The notes: generated by a model from the letters alone, not told the origin. Shown: positions 20,294 through 30,076, counted from the stretch's first letter. The stretch: 64,000 nt of DNA from an uncultured Alphaproteobacteria bacterium (GCA_902541215.1 CACBPV010000001.1:6606-70605); one strand, 5' to 3'. A program made the numbers and translations.

Positions 20294-21243
20294 ATATAGA
20301 CAATCCTAAAATTTGGTCATTAACTGATGGTTCACAAGGAATGATAAGTCAGACTAAAGGTTTAGCAAATGAATTGAGTGTAAATATAAAGGAAATTAAA
20401 ACTGAAATAATTTTTCCTTGGAATAAATTACAGCCTGGGATACTTCCTATTTTTAGTTGGTTATTTAAAAATAAGTTACCAATAGATGAGATACCTGATT
20501 TAGTTATCAGTTGTGGAAGAAAAAGTGTTTACCTATCAATCTATCTTAAAAAAAAATATCCAAATATTATTAATATTCATATTCAAAATCCAAAAATTTC
20601 TTCAAAAAACTTTTCCTATATTATAGCTCCAAATCATGATGGTTTATATGGTGACAATATAATTAATTCTTGCGGTGCAATACATCCTTTTAAACAATTT
20701 AATAATTTGAAAAATCATTACAAAATCAATACAAAAAATTTGATCACATGTATTATTGGAGGTGAAAATAATCACTATAATTTCGCAAAAGAAAATACTT
20801 TAGATCTTTGTAGAAGAATAAAAAAATTAAAGTCTCATAATAATGAAATTTTAGTTCTTACCTCGAGAAGAACTAATAAAGAAATTATGCATATTTTGAA
20901 AAAAGAATTGAGCACTATATCTACATTATGGCTTGGAGAAGGAGAGAATCCATACGAATTTGCTATTTATAATTCCAGTTATTTTATTATAACTTCTGAC
21001 TCAACCTCTATGATTTCTGAAGCAAGTATATCTGGTAAGCCAATTTATGTTTATCAATTACCAATGAAGAGAAAAAGTAAAAGATTTATAAGATTCCATG
21101 AAGAATTTAAAAAAATGAATATAACAAGAGATTTTAATACTTTAGATAAATTAGAAAATTGGACATATACGAAACTAGAGGAAAGCAAAAGAATTGCTGG
21201 AATTATAAAAAAAAGAATTATAGAAAGGAAAAATGAATCTTGA
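20290..21243 (+). CDS. ELM1/DUF1022 family protein (GT-B-like fold, function unknown)
   Basis: 317 aa. The N-terminus IWSLTDGSQGMISQTKGLANEL resembles alphaproteobacterial ELM1-family proteins. The apparent TTG start overlaps the greA stop (TTGA). Confidence 0.55.
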   Translation: MNIDNPKIWSLTDGSQGMISQTKGLANELSVNIKEIKTEIIFPWNKLQPGILPIFSWLFKNKLPIDEIPDLVISCGRKSVYLSIYLKKKYPNIINIHIQNPKISSKNFSYIIAPNHDGLYGDNIINSCGAIHPFKQFNNLKNHYKINTKNLITCIIGGENNHYNFAKENTLDLCRRIKKLKSHNNEILVLTSRRTNKEIMHILKKELSTISTLWLGEGENPYEFAIYNSSYFIITSDSTSMISEASISGKPIYVYQLPMKRKSKRFIRFHEEFKKMNITRDFNTLDKLENWTYTKLEESKRIAGIIKKRIIERKNES

Positions 21244-21853
21244 GAACTTAACTCATGCAGATTTTCCCTTTAATCACTGGGTATTTAGTAATTGTTTAGA
21301 AGAAGGCGCATTAGATGAAATTTCCTATAGTAATATTCCATCAGGAGACAGAATGTACGATGGGACAAGAGCTGCCGATCATACAGGACAGGGAGTTGAT
21401 GGTAAATTAAGACTTTTTATAACAAAAAATAATTATCAAAATTTTCCATTTCTAACGAAATTAATTCAGTCTTTACAAAGCAAAGAAATGGTAAATAAAA
21501 TATCGAAAATAATTCATAAAGATTTATCAAATTCATACGTAAGATTAGAAGTAATTGGAGATAAAAAAGGATTTTGGTTAAAACCACACAAAGATATTTC
21601 AGAAAAATTAATGACTATGATGGTTTGGGCGAACCCATATAATGAAGCGTCAAATTTGGGTACCGACCTATATGATAAAAATTTTAAATTAGTTAAAACA
21701 ATTAAATATGTTCATAATAGTGGTTATTTTTTTTCTTCAGGGGATGATACTTGGCATGGACTTGAATTAAAAGAAATTCAAAAAGAAAGAAGATGTATTC
21801 AAATAAATTATGTTACTTTTAATACAGATTGGCCAGTTGAAAAAAGTGCTTAA
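21233..21853 (+). CDS. Hypothetical protein, possible 2OG-Fe(II) oxygenase-like fold
   Basis: 206 aa. A possible HxD (KPHKDIS), distal His (DDTWHGL) and Arg (RRCIQINY) are present. It overlaps the ELM1-like gene by 11 nt. The fold assignment is weak. Confidence 0.35.
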   Translation: MNLENLTHADFPFNHWVFSNCLEEGALDEISYSNIPSGDRMYDGTRAADHTGQGVDGKLRLFITKNNYQNFPFLTKLIQSLQSKEMVNKISKIIHKDLSNSYVRLEVIGDKKGFWLKPHKDISEKLMTMMVWANPYNEASNLGTDLYDKNFKLVKTIKYVHNSGYFFSSGDDTWHGLELKEIQKERRCIQINYVTFNTDWPVEKSA

Positions 21854-21870
21854 ATTATTAATTTAATTAT

Positions 21871-22812
21871 ATGACTGAAAAAATAGAAAATGATGTCTTA
21901 ATTATTGGCTCTGGACCAGCAGGCTATACTGCTGCAATCTATGCAGCAAGAGCAAATTTAAAACCACATTTAGTTTCAGGTTTAGAACCAGGAGGTCAGC
22001 TAACCATCACTACGGATGTAGAAAACTATCCAGGATTTGAAAATGTAATTCAGGGTCCTTGGCTTATGGAACAAATGAAAGAACAAGCAGTAAAAGTAGG
22101 AACTATCTTTCATAATGATATTGTAACTTCAGTTGATTTTGAAAAAAATCCATTTACTTCCAAAACTGAGTCAGGCAAAGAATTTGTGTCCAAATCGATA
22201 ATTATTGCAACAGGTGCTCAGGCTAGATGGCTGAACTTGGAAAGTGAAAAAAAATTTAAAGGATTTGGTATTTCTGCTTGTGCAACTTGTGATGGGTTTT
22301 TCTTCAAAGATCAGCAAGTAGCAGTGATTGGTGGAGGTAATAGTGCAGTAGAAGAAGCAATGTTTTTGACAAAATTTGCTTCAAAGGTTTTGTTAATCCA
22401 TAGAAGAGATAGTTTACGAGCTGAAAAAATTTTACAAGAAAGACTGTTTAATAATAAAAAAATTGAAGTAATTTGGAATAGTAAAGTTTCTGAGTTCGTT
22501 GGAGAAGAAAATCCAAATACATTAAAAAAAATTATTTTAGAGAACACATTAGATAACACCAAAACAACTATAGATGTAAATGGTGCTTTTATAGCTATAG
22601 GACATGATCCAGCTACTTCACTTTTTATTGATAAGTTAAAAATGGACAAGGAAAATTATATAATTACTAAACCTGATAGTACTGAGACAAGTATTAAGGG
22701 AGTTTTTGCTGCAGGAGATGTAAAAGATAAAATTTATAGACAGGCTGTAACTGCTGCTGGTATGGGCTGTATGGCTGCTTTAGAGGCTGAAAAATATATA
22801 GCGGAGAGTTAA
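21871..22812 (+). CDS. trxB: Thioredoxin-disulfide reductase
   Basis: 313 aa. Motifs present are the FAD motif IIGSGPAGYTAA, the redox-active CATCDG, and GGGNSAVEEA. Confidence 0.95.
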   Translation: MTEKIENDVLIIGSGPAGYTAAIYAARANLKPHLVSGLEPGGQLTITTDVENYPGFENVIQGPWLMEQMKEQAVKVGTIFHNDIVTSVDFEKNPFTSKTESGKEFVSKSIIIATGAQARWLNLESEKKFKGFGISACATCDGFFFKDQQVAVIGGGNSAVEEAMFLTKFASKVLLIHRRDSLRAEKILQERLFNNKKIEVIWNSKVSEFVGEENPNTLKKIILENTLDNTKTTIDVNGAFIAIGHDPATSLFIDKLKMDKENYIITKPDSTETSIKGVFAAGDVKDKIYRQAVTAAGMGCMAALEAEKYIAES

Positions 22813-22938
22813 TTAACCCTGTCTGGCTTTCATTCTGGGATTTTTCTTATTAATTACATAAATCCTACCTTTTCTACGAACAATTTTACAATCCTTATCT
22901 CTAGTTTTGGCAGTTTTTAATGAACATTTAACTTTCAT
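22813..22938 (-). CDS. rpmJ: 50S ribosomal protein L36
   Basis: Hand translation of the minus strand gives [41 protein letters not shown] (41 aa), the alphaproteobacterial-type L36 pattern. It is absent from the ORF track because it is too short. Its stop directly abuts the trxB stop. Confidence 0.9.
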   Translation of the reverse strand: MKVKCSLKTAKTRDKDCKIVRRKGRIYVINKKNPRMKARQG

Positions 22939-22995
22939 AGAAAGCGCTTTAAATTCTGGGATTTGTTTTGTCAAACATATATTGTCTTAATTAAT

Positions 22996-24582
22996 ATGAG
23001 AAAATTATCTTATCCTGGAAGATCTAATGTTTTAGCTCAAAATGGTATGGTGGCAACATCAAATCCATTAAGTTCCATAGTGGCTATTGATGTACTTCAA
23101 AAAGGTGGAAATGCTGTTGATGCTGCTATCGCGGCTTCAGCTGTTCAAGCTGTAGTATGTCCAAGCGCAACAGGAATTGGTGGGGATTGTTTTGCAATTA
23201 TTTCGATGAATGGGAAAAAACCAGTTGCTGTAAACGGGTCTGGGATTGCTCCTAAAGAAGCAAATTTAAAGTTTTATAAAGATAATAAAATAAAAAATAT
23301 TGGTTTAATGAGTCCGCATTCAGTCACTATTCCTGGAGCAGTTCATGCATGGTGTTCTATGCATGAAAAATTTGGAAGAATTGATTTTAATGAAGTTTTA
23401 AGTGGTGCAGAAAATTTTGCTAGAAATGGATTTCCTGTTCATGAAGTTGAAGCTATTGCATGGAAAAAAAATGAAAAAAAACTTAAAAAAAATTCTAATT
23501 CTAAAAGATTATTTTTAAATCAAAATCTCAGTTATAATTATGGTGAAGTTTTTAAGAATATTCCTTTGGCAAAAACTTTAAGAGTTATATCAAAAAATAA
23601 AATTAAAGGATTTTATCAAAGTGAAATAACTAAGGACATGGTTAAGACACTAAATAAACTAGGTGGATTGCATACAGAAGAAGATTTCTATAATCAAGAA
23701 ACGCTATTTTCAAAAACAATAACAAATTCATATAGAAATTTTAAAATACATCAATGTCCCTTAAATAGTCCCGGATTAGTTGTTTTGATGATGATGGCAA
23801 TGATTGAGAAATTAAATATCAAAAAATACCATCCTTCAAGTTTTGAAAGATACCATCTTCAAGCTGAAATTTCAAAAATATGTTTTGAGGTTAAGGAAAC
23901 AATATTTGGTGATCCTAATTTTAACAATATAAATATAAAAGATTATTTAAGTAATGAATTTATAAGCTCTTTATGCTCTAGAATAAATAAAAATAAAATT
24001 TATACTTCAAAAAAAGGCTATGTAACTTCTCACCCTGAAACAATATATTTAAGTGTTGTAGATAGAGATTTGAATTCAGTATCATTTATTAATTCAATAT
24101 GTCATGGTTTTGGAAGTGGAATTACAAGCAATAAAACAGGAATTCTGTTTCAAAATAGAGGCGTGAATTTCAGATTAGAAGATGGTCACCCCAACTCAAT
24201 TGATAGTCATAAAAGACCACTTCATACAATAATTCCTGGTCTAATAACTAATAAGAATGATGAGACTCTGTATTCTTATGGAGTTATGGGAGGACAATAT
24301 CAACCAATTGGTCAGTCTCATTTGATTCAAAATATAATCGACTATAACATGACAGTACAAGAAGGCTTGGATTTACCTAGAGCATTTGCACTAAATGGTC
24401 TCTTAAATGTTGAGAATGCATTAGATGATAAAATTGTAAACAAATTAAAGAATATTGGTCATAAAATTAAAATAAATAAAAATGCTATTGGTGGTGGTCA
24501 ATGTATAAAAATAGATAGAAAAAATGGAGTGTTTATTGGTGGGTCAGATCCACGAAAGGATGGTATGGCAATAGGTTACTAA
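22996..24582 (+). CDS. ggt: Gamma-glutamyltransferase family protein (no signal peptide visible)
   Basis: GGNAVDAAIAA, GIGGDCFAI and the autoprocessing-site context HPETIYLSVVD are present. I prefer the ATG at 22996 (MRKLSYPG...) over the TTG at 22963. Confidence 0.8.
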   Translation: MRKLSYPGRSNVLAQNGMVATSNPLSSIVAIDVLQKGGNAVDAAIAASAVQAVVCPSATGIGGDCFAIISMNGKKPVAVNGSGIAPKEANLKFYKDNKIKNIGLMSPHSVTIPGAVHAWCSMHEKFGRIDFNEVLSGAENFARNGFPVHEVEAIAWKKNEKKLKKNSNSKRLFLNQNLSYNYGEVFKNIPLAKTLRVISKNKIKGFYQSEITKDMVKTLNKLGGLHTEEDFYNQETLFSKTITNSYRNFKIHQCPLNSPGLVVLMMMAMIEKLNIKKYHPSSFERYHLQAEISKICFEVKETIFGDPNFNNINIKDYLSNEFISSLCSRINKNKIYTSKKGYVTSHPETIYLSVVDRDLNSVSFINSICHGFGSGITSNKTGILFQNRGVNFRLEDGHPNSIDSHKRPLHTIIPGLITNKNDETLYSYGVMGGQYQPIGQSHLIQNIIDYNMTVQEGLDLPRAFALNGLLNVENALDDKIVNKLKNIGHKIKINKNAIGGGQCIKIDRKNGVFIGGSDPRKDGMAIGY

Positions 24583-24583
24583 C

Positions 24584-25621
24584 CTACACTTTCCCAAAAG
24601 TGTCATTATACTGATTATTTACTCTAACAAATGTAGTACACTTACTAAGCTGCTTCAATGATGAAGCGCCTACGTATGTGCAACTACTTCGAACACCTCC
24701 TAAAATATCTCTAATTGTACTATCTAGAGAATTCTTCATTTGTATTTTAACTTTTTTACCTTCAGATGAACGATAATTTGCAAGACCACCATAATGCTTC
24801 TCATTTGCTTCTTCAGAACTTGATCCATAAAACTCGATAAATTTACTTCCGTTTTCCTCAAATATATGACCACCACCTTCCTTATGACCTGCTAACATAC
24901 CGCCAAGCATAACAAAATCTGCACCAGCACCAAATCCTTTTGCAACATCACCAGGACAAGTACAGCCTCCATCAGCAATAATATGTGCTCCTAATCCATG
25001 AGCTGCATCAGCGCATTCCATAACAGCACTTAATTGTGGATAGCCTACTCCTGTTTGAATTCTAGTTGTACATACACTTCCAGGACCAATACCAACTTTA
25101 ACAATATCCGCCCCACTTAATACTAATTCCTGAGTCATATCCGCAGTAACAACATTACCTGCAATAATAGTTTTTTTTGGATATTTTTTTCTTACTTCTG
25201 AAACAAAATTACTAAAATTTTCTGAATAACCATTTGCAACATCAATACAGATAAATTTAAATTTTGGATATTTTTTTAGAATTGAATTTAACCTATTGTA
25301 ACTGTCATTACTTGTACCGCAACTAAGAGCAATTGAATCAAAGAAAATATTTTTTTTGTAAATAGTTCCTATTTGATTAATGTCATGCTGTTTTGTTAAA
25401 GCAGTCATTAGTTTGTGAGAGCTTAGTTTTTTTGCAACATCTATTTCACCAACACCATCCATATTAGAGGCTATTATCGGAATTCCTTTCCATGACGATC
25501 TTGAGTGTTTAAAAGTATATTTTCTATTTAAATCAACATCTTTCCTACTTTTTAAAGTACTTCTCTTTGGTCTAAAAAGGACATCTGAGTAGTCAAGTTT
25601 AATTTCTTCTTCGATTCTCAT
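24584..25621 (-). CDS. guaC: GMP reductase
   Basis: 345 aa, near-collinear with E. coli GuaC as I recall it: MRIEE..KL...[57 protein letters not shown]. Confidence 0.95.
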   Translation of the reverse strand: MRIEEEIKLDYSDVLFRPKRSTLKSRKDVDLNRKYTFKHSRSSWKGIPIIASNMDGVGEIDVAKKLSSHKLMTALTKQHDINQIGTIYKKNIFFDSIALSCGTSNDSYNRLNSILKKYPKFKFICIDVANGYSENFSNFVSEVRKKYPKKTIIAGNVVTADMTQELVLSGADIVKVGIGPGSVCTTRIQTGVGYPQLSAVMECADAAHGLGAHIIADGGCTCPGDVAKGFGAGADFVMLGGMLAGHKEGGGHIFEENGSKFIEFYGSSSEEANEKHYGGLANYRSSEGKKVKIQMKNSLDSTIRDILGGVRSSCTYVGASSLKQLSKCTTFVRVNNQYNDTFGKV

Positions 25622-25683
25622 AAATACATTCGCATATTTGTATTAAATAATTTAGAAATTAAAACAAATATAAATTGTTATCT

Positions 25684-26565
25684 ATGAACTTAAATACGTT
25701 AATAAATGCAAATAAAAGAAAGTTTGATATTAATTTTAAAAAACTTTTAAAAAATAAGCTAGACAAATCAAGTTTATCAAAAGCAATCTTTTATGGCTCT
25801 ATGAATGGAGGAAAAAGAATAAGGCCATTTTTGGTAATGGAGTCTGCAAAAATAGCAAAAATTTCATCAAATGATGCCTTTATCATAGCCTCATGTATTG
25901 AATGTATACATTCGTACTCCTTAATTCACGATGATTTACCATCAATGGATGATGATGATTACAGAAGAGGTAAATTAAGTACTCATAAAAAATTTAATGA
26001 AGCTACTGCAATATTAGCTGGTGATGCTTTACATGATTTAGCATTTGAATTGATCTCAGGTAATTTTAAAAATAAAAATGTTATTTCTAGATTAAATTTA
26101 ATAAATTATCTTTCTTTGTGTATTGGACATAAAGGATTAGCTCTTGGTCAAGCTTTAGATTTAGAATATGAAAATAAAAAGTTATCTAAAAATAAAATTT
26201 TAGATATGTATTCTAGAAAAACCGGCAAGTTATTTGAATTCTCTTTTTCTGCACCTTTTATATTAAAAAATAAAAGTAAAATAGATATTCAATTTGCAAA
26301 AGATTATGGAATGTTATTTGGTTTAATATTTCAAATTATAGATGACTTAATCGATGAAATTGGAACTTTTAAGAAAATTGGAAAAACACCAGGTAAAGAT
26401 ATTGCGCAAGGTAAAAGTACTTTGCTAAAATTGATTGGTGAAAAACAAATTACTGATTTTTGTAAGAATGAGATTAATAATTTTACAAAAAAACATAAAA
26501 AGAAACTAAACCAAAATCCAATACTTATAAAATTGCTTGAATTTGGAATGAAAAGAATTCTTTAA
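25684..26565 (+). CDS. ispA: Polyprenyl (farnesyl/geranyl) diphosphate synthase
   Basis: The first Asp-rich motif is LIHDDLPSMDDDDYRRG and the second is IIDDLID. The ATG at 25684 is preferred over the TTG at 25675. Confidence 0.9.
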   Translation: MNLNTLINANKRKFDINFKKLLKNKLDKSSLSKAIFYGSMNGGKRIRPFLVMESAKIAKISSNDAFIIASCIECIHSYSLIHDDLPSMDDDDYRRGKLSTHKKFNEATAILAGDALHDLAFELISGNFKNKNVISRLNLINYLSLCIGHKGLALGQALDLEYENKKLSKNKILDMYSRKTGKLFEFSFSAPFILKNKSKIDIQFAKDYGMLFGLIFQIIDDLIDEIGTFKKIGKTPGKDIAQGKSTLLKLIGEKQITDFCKNEINNFTKKHKKKLNQNPILIKLLEFGMKRIL

Positions 26566-26999
26566 TAATGAACAATTTTTTTTGCAATATATAGACCTGT
26601 TGTAGCTGAAAGAGCTGTTAGTGAGCCTCCCCAAAACATGTCCACAAAAGTGACAGTTGGTGACCAACCTTTTACAACAGCCATATTTGTCAAGTTATAC
26701 GTTCCGTATGCGACTAAGCCAAATATAAAACCCGTATAAACTGTTTTAAATATACTTTCAGAGTCCATACATGGCTGAATGACTACTAACGCCATCCCAA
26801 ATACGTATAATATGTAAAAAAGAGCGGCTGCCCAAAGAACGGGTTTATCAGCAGGCCCAATAATCAAATCACCGAGTAAAGGTCTATAAAAGGATTTTGT
26901 TGCGAAACTAAGCCATATTACATCAATAATCAAAAAGATTATTGAGGCTAAAAGAGTAGCGACAAGAAAGCATTTAATCATATTACTTAAATATATCAT
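26562..26999 (-). CDS. DUF2177 family membrane protein
   Basis: It has multi-TM hydrophobic segments and the conserved C-terminal pattern GTYNLTNMAVVKGW...DMFWGG. The start is uncertain: ATG at 26999, ATG at 26981, or TTG at 27014. It overlaps the ispA stop (TTAA). Confidence 0.65.
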   Translation of the reverse strand: MIYLSNMIKCFLVATLLASIIFLIIDVIWLSFATKSFYRPLLGDLIIGPADKPVLWAAALFYILYVFGMALVVIQPCMDSESIFKTVYTGFIFGLVAYGTYNLTNMAVVKGWSPTVTFVDMFWGGSLTALSATTGLYIAKKIVHY

Positions 27000-27035
27000 A
27001 TTATTAAATTTCAAGAATATTTATATAAATTTCTA

Positions 27036-27110
27036 TGGTGGGTGTGACAGGGATTGAACCTGTGACCCCTGCCGTGTCGAGGCAGTGCTCTACCGCTGAG
27101 CTACACACCC
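27036..27110 (-). tRNA. tRNA-Val (anticodon GAC), CCA encoded
   Basis: The hand-folded cloverleaf from the minus strand is GGGTGTG TA GCTC AGCGGTA GAGC A CTGCC TCGACAC GGCAG GGGTC ACAGG TTCAATC CCTGT CACACCC A CCA. All four stems are fully Watson-Crick, the T-loop is TTCAATC, and the discriminator is A73. Confidence 0.85.
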
Positions 27111-27330
27111 AAGTAATATTTTTATTTAGATATAGTATTTTAAAATATAATGACTTTTAAAGCTAAAGCAATAATTGAAAGCTTGTATAAATTTTTAAAT
27201 TTTACTTAATTTAACCTTTTTTAATCATTAATTAAGTAAATAAATTATAAACATATTGATCAATTTTTTATTAAATAATATTCAGGATTTAGAATTATTC
27301 ATACAATTGGTTATTGAAATTAGGAGATAA

Positions 27331-27831
27331 ATGAAAGTAAAAAAAAATAATTTTACAGAAAATGAAATCTCTAAAGCTCTAAAAATTTATAATTATTTTA
27401 TTGAAAATTCATTCTCTAATTTTGAAGAAAAAAAATTATCTAAATCAAAATTTAATTTATTATTTAATCAAGTAAAAAAAAATAAGTTACCATTTATTTT
27501 AGCAATTGAAGCAAATGAAGTTATTGGATTAGCATTTGTAAATAAATTTAGAAATAAAAGTGGTTATAGATTTTCATATGAACATTCAATCTATGTAAAT
27601 CCAGATTACATTAATAATGGTTATGGTAATAAAATATTAAAAGAACTTGTTAAAATATGTAAAAAAATTACAAAAATTAAAAATTTAATAGCAGTGATTG
27701 GTGGAAAAAATAATTTTGCTTCTATAAAAATACATAAAAATAACGGATTTCAATATATTGGAACTATAAAAAAAGCTGGTTTTAAAAAAAATAAGTGGGT
27801 TGATTCAATTTATATGCAAAAAAGATTATGA
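27331..27831 (+). CDS. GNAT family N-acetyltransferase (phosphinothricin / L-amino-acid N-acyltransferase-like)
   Basis: 166 aa. It has a GNAT core (IYVNPDYINNGYGNKILKEL), a C-terminal KHNGF-like NNGFQYIG, and W.DSIYMQK. An AGGAG Shine-Dalgarno lies 4-5 nt upstream. Confidence 0.75.
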   Translation: MKVKKNNFTENEISKALKIYNYFIENSFSNFEEKKLSKSKFNLLFNQVKKNKLPFILAIEANEVIGLAFVNKFRNKSGYRFSYEHSIYVNPDYINNGYGNKILKELVKICKKITKIKNLIAVIGGKNNFASIKIHKNNGFQYIGTIKKAGFKKNKWVDSIYMQKRL

Positions 27832-28292
27832 AAAAAGTAAACACTAATAATTTTAAAAAAACACTCAGTAAGTTTTCGACTGGAATTACTGTTGTATGTG
27901 TTAACAATAATAATTCAATATATGGGAAAACTGTTAATTCATTTAACTCTCTATCTCTAAACCCTCCTATGGTTTTGTTTTCTTTGGGTAATTACTCGTC
28001 TTCAATAAAGCAGTTTTCAAAAACTAAATTTTTATCAATAAATATTTTATCTAGCAAACAAAAAGAATTATCTGATAATTTTGCTTCAACTTCACCTAAT
28101 TTAGAAAATATAAAATTTCTTAAAGGAAAAAATAAAACGGCAATTATACCAAATTGCATAGCAAATCTTGAGTGTAAACTAATAGATAAAATCAAAAAAG
28201 GTGATCACATAATTTTTATATGTAAGATATTAGAACTACAATCTAACGATAAATTGAAACCACTAGTATATTTTAATTCAAAATATTTTTAA
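27828..28292 (+). CDS. Flavin reductase-like (FMN-binding split-barrel) protein
   Basis: 154 aa. FSTGITVVCV...TVNSFNSLSLNPPMVLFSL is typical of flavin reductase domain proteins. It has an ATGA overlap with the GNAT gene. Confidence 0.75.
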   Translation: MKKVNTNNFKKTLSKFSTGITVVCVNNNNSIYGKTVNSFNSLSLNPPMVLFSLGNYSSSIKQFSKTKFLSINILSSKQKELSDNFASTSPNLENIKFLKGKNKTAIIPNCIANLECKLIDKIKKGDHIIFICKILELQSNDKLKPLVYFNSKYF

Positions 28293-29585
28293 GTGTTTAG
28301 AATTTTAAGAAATCTAATTTTAATTTCTTTAATATTTTCAGGATATTATCTGTTTATTTCTGAATTTTTTTACTTATCAGAGAATAAATTTTTAGAAATA
28401 GAGATTGTAAAAAATGAAATAGTAGAAAATAAAAAAGAAATAATTCAAGAAAAAAAAGAGGAAGTAGCCTTACCTAATACAAAAAAAAGTATTGATAAAG
28501 TGCAATATGTTGTGAAAAAAATTAAAATTTTACAAGGTGATACTTTTGTTTCTATTTTAGAAAGCTTAAACTTTGAACAGGAAAATATTTACGAAATTAT
28601 AAGTAAGATAGAAAACTTATATGATTTAAAGAAAATCAAAACTGGAGAAATTATAAGTGTTTTTGAAAATAGTTTTGGAGAAATAAAAAAAATTGAATTT
28701 TTTAAGAACAGTGAGACAATTATCTCAGTTGATTTAGATAAAGAAATAAATTTAAATATAAGAGAATTAACTAAGGATTCATTCATTGAATCAAAAGAAT
28801 ATACAATTACAGAATCATTATTTTCAGACGGTATTAAAAATGGTCTATCACCTGATATTTTAGTTAAAATAATCAGCCTTTTTAGTTTTGATCTGGATTT
28901 TCAAAGAGATATTAGAGTCGATACTGTTGTTTCTATATCCTATGAATTTGATGAAATAATTGAAACGGGTAGATTAGAATATAATGATATTAAATATGCT
29001 TCGATAATAATTGATGGGAAACAATTAGAATATTTTAAGTTTATAACAGATGATGGTTATATTGATTATTTTAACAGAGAGGGCAAAAATGTTAAAAAAT
29101 CAATATTAAAGACACCTTTAGACGGCGCAAGAATTTCATCAAATTTTGGAATGCGTAAACATCCTATCTCAGGTTTTAATAAAATGCATAAAGGTGTTGA
29201 TTTTGCTGCGCCTACTGGAACACCAATTTATGCTGGAGGGAATGGAATTGTTGAATACGTTGGAAGAAATGGAGGGTATGGAAAATATATTCGTATAAGG
29301 CATAATAACGGATATAAAACGGCATATGCACATTTATCGAATTACAAGAAAGGTATTTCTAAAGGAGTAAGAGTTAACCAAGGTGAAGTTATAGGCTATG
29401 TAGGGAGTACAGGAAATTCTACAGGACCTCATCTTCATTATGAAATTATTTATCAGAATAAACATATTAATCCTTTAAAACTAAAACTTCCTTCTGGAAA
29501 AATACTTGAAGGTAAAGAATTAGAAAGCTTTAAAAAGGAGTATAAAAAAATATACGCAGATCATTTAAGTATGTTGTACGAATAA
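28293..29585 (+). CDS. M23 family metallopeptidase (LytM domain) with an N-terminal membrane anchor
   Basis: 430 aa with a GTG start. The M23 motifs are HKGVDFAAPTGTPIYA and GNSTGPHLHYEI. Confidence 0.85.
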   Translation: MFRILRNLILISLIFSGYYLFISEFFYLSENKFLEIEIVKNEIVENKKEIIQEKKEEVALPNTKKSIDKVQYVVKKIKILQGDTFVSILESLNFEQENIYEIISKIENLYDLKKIKTGEIISVFENSFGEIKKIEFFKNSETIISVDLDKEINLNIRELTKDSFIESKEYTITESLFSDGIKNGLSPDILVKIISLFSFDLDFQRDIRVDTVVSISYEFDEIIETGRLEYNDIKYASIIIDGKQLEYFKFITDDGYIDYFNREGKNVKKSILKTPLDGARISSNFGMRKHPISGFNKMHKGVDFAAPTGTPIYAGGNGIVEYVGRNGGYGKYIRIRHNNGYKTAYAHLSNYKKGISKGVRVNQGEVIGYVGSTGNSTGPHLHYEIIYQNKHINPLKLKLPSGKILEGKELESFKKEYKKIYADHLSMLYE

Positions 29586-29999
29586 CTATTTAGTTGATCT
29601 TGTTCTTTTTTCTTTAGATGGTTCAGCTATAAATGGAATAGATTCAATAGAGTCATCTTCTGACTTATCATTATCATTTACTTCGTTAGTTTCATTATCA
29701 GTTTCTACAGTTTGTTCATTTGATGTAATTTGTTTTTGATCATCCAAAATTGTATTTTCTTCAATATTGATACCTAGCTCAACCATTATTCTGTAGTAGT
29801 GATCAGTAAATTGATAATAGTATTCAGATTGAATTCTATCACCTGATCTCGATGCTTCTTTAGCAAGTTTTAAATATTTGTTATATTGCTGCGATACATT
29901 CCCTCTATTTCTATTATTGAAATTTTTGTACCCACCTGGTCTCTTAAAACTGGTTCTTCTATTACTTTTATAAGCGGTTCTACCGTTTTTTTTATACAT
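29586..29999 (-). CDS. DUF4167 domain-containing protein
   Basis: 137 aa. A basic N-terminus is followed by QQYNKYLKLAKEASRSGDRIQSEYYYQFTDHYYRIM, the alphaproteobacterial DUF4167 pattern. Confidence 0.7.
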   Translation of the reverse strand: MYKKNGRTAYKSNRRTSFKRPGGYKNFNNRNRGNVSQQYNKYLKLAKEASRSGDRIQSEYYYQFTDHYYRIMVELGINIEENTILDDQKQITSNEQTVETDNETNEVNDNDKSEDDSIESIPFIAEPSKEKRTRSTK

Positions 30000-30076
30000 A
30001 ATGTTTGGAAATTAAAAATTTTATTAAATTATTAATCTTTTTTATTATTTATACAGTTCATTTAATTTATTTCAAC

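Noticed and set aside
22941-22950. 10-bp palindrome AAAGCGCTTT immediately upstream of the rpmJ start
   Set aside because: It is short and isolated. It could be a minor 5' UTR hairpin or a restriction-type site. There is not enough evidence to call a feature.
22832-22964. 12-nt direct repeat ATTCTGGGATTT at 22832-22843 (inside rpmJ) and 22953-22964 (upstream of rpmJ / ggt leader)
   Set aside because: It is too short for me to judge significance without a genome-wide k-mer count. One copy is constrained coding sequence (NPRMK of L36). No further structure such as a flanking duplication or hairpin supports a mobile or regulatory role.
27202-27239. 10-bp inverted repeat TTACTTAATT ... AATTAAGTAA with an 18-nt loop in the tRNA/GNAT spacer
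   Set aside because: The stem is almost entirely A:T with a large loop, so predicted stability is negligible. Such repeats are expected by chance in sequence this AT-rich.
27015-28292. Possible tRNA-associated genomic island (GNAT plus flavin reductase next to tRNA-Val, with a 220-nt spacer)
   Set aside because: There is no integrase, transposase or phage gene. I could not spot a direct repeat of the tRNA 3' end. The GNAT side is the tRNA 5' (promoter) side, not the usual 3' integration side. It is probably an ordinary, if slightly long, promoter spacer.
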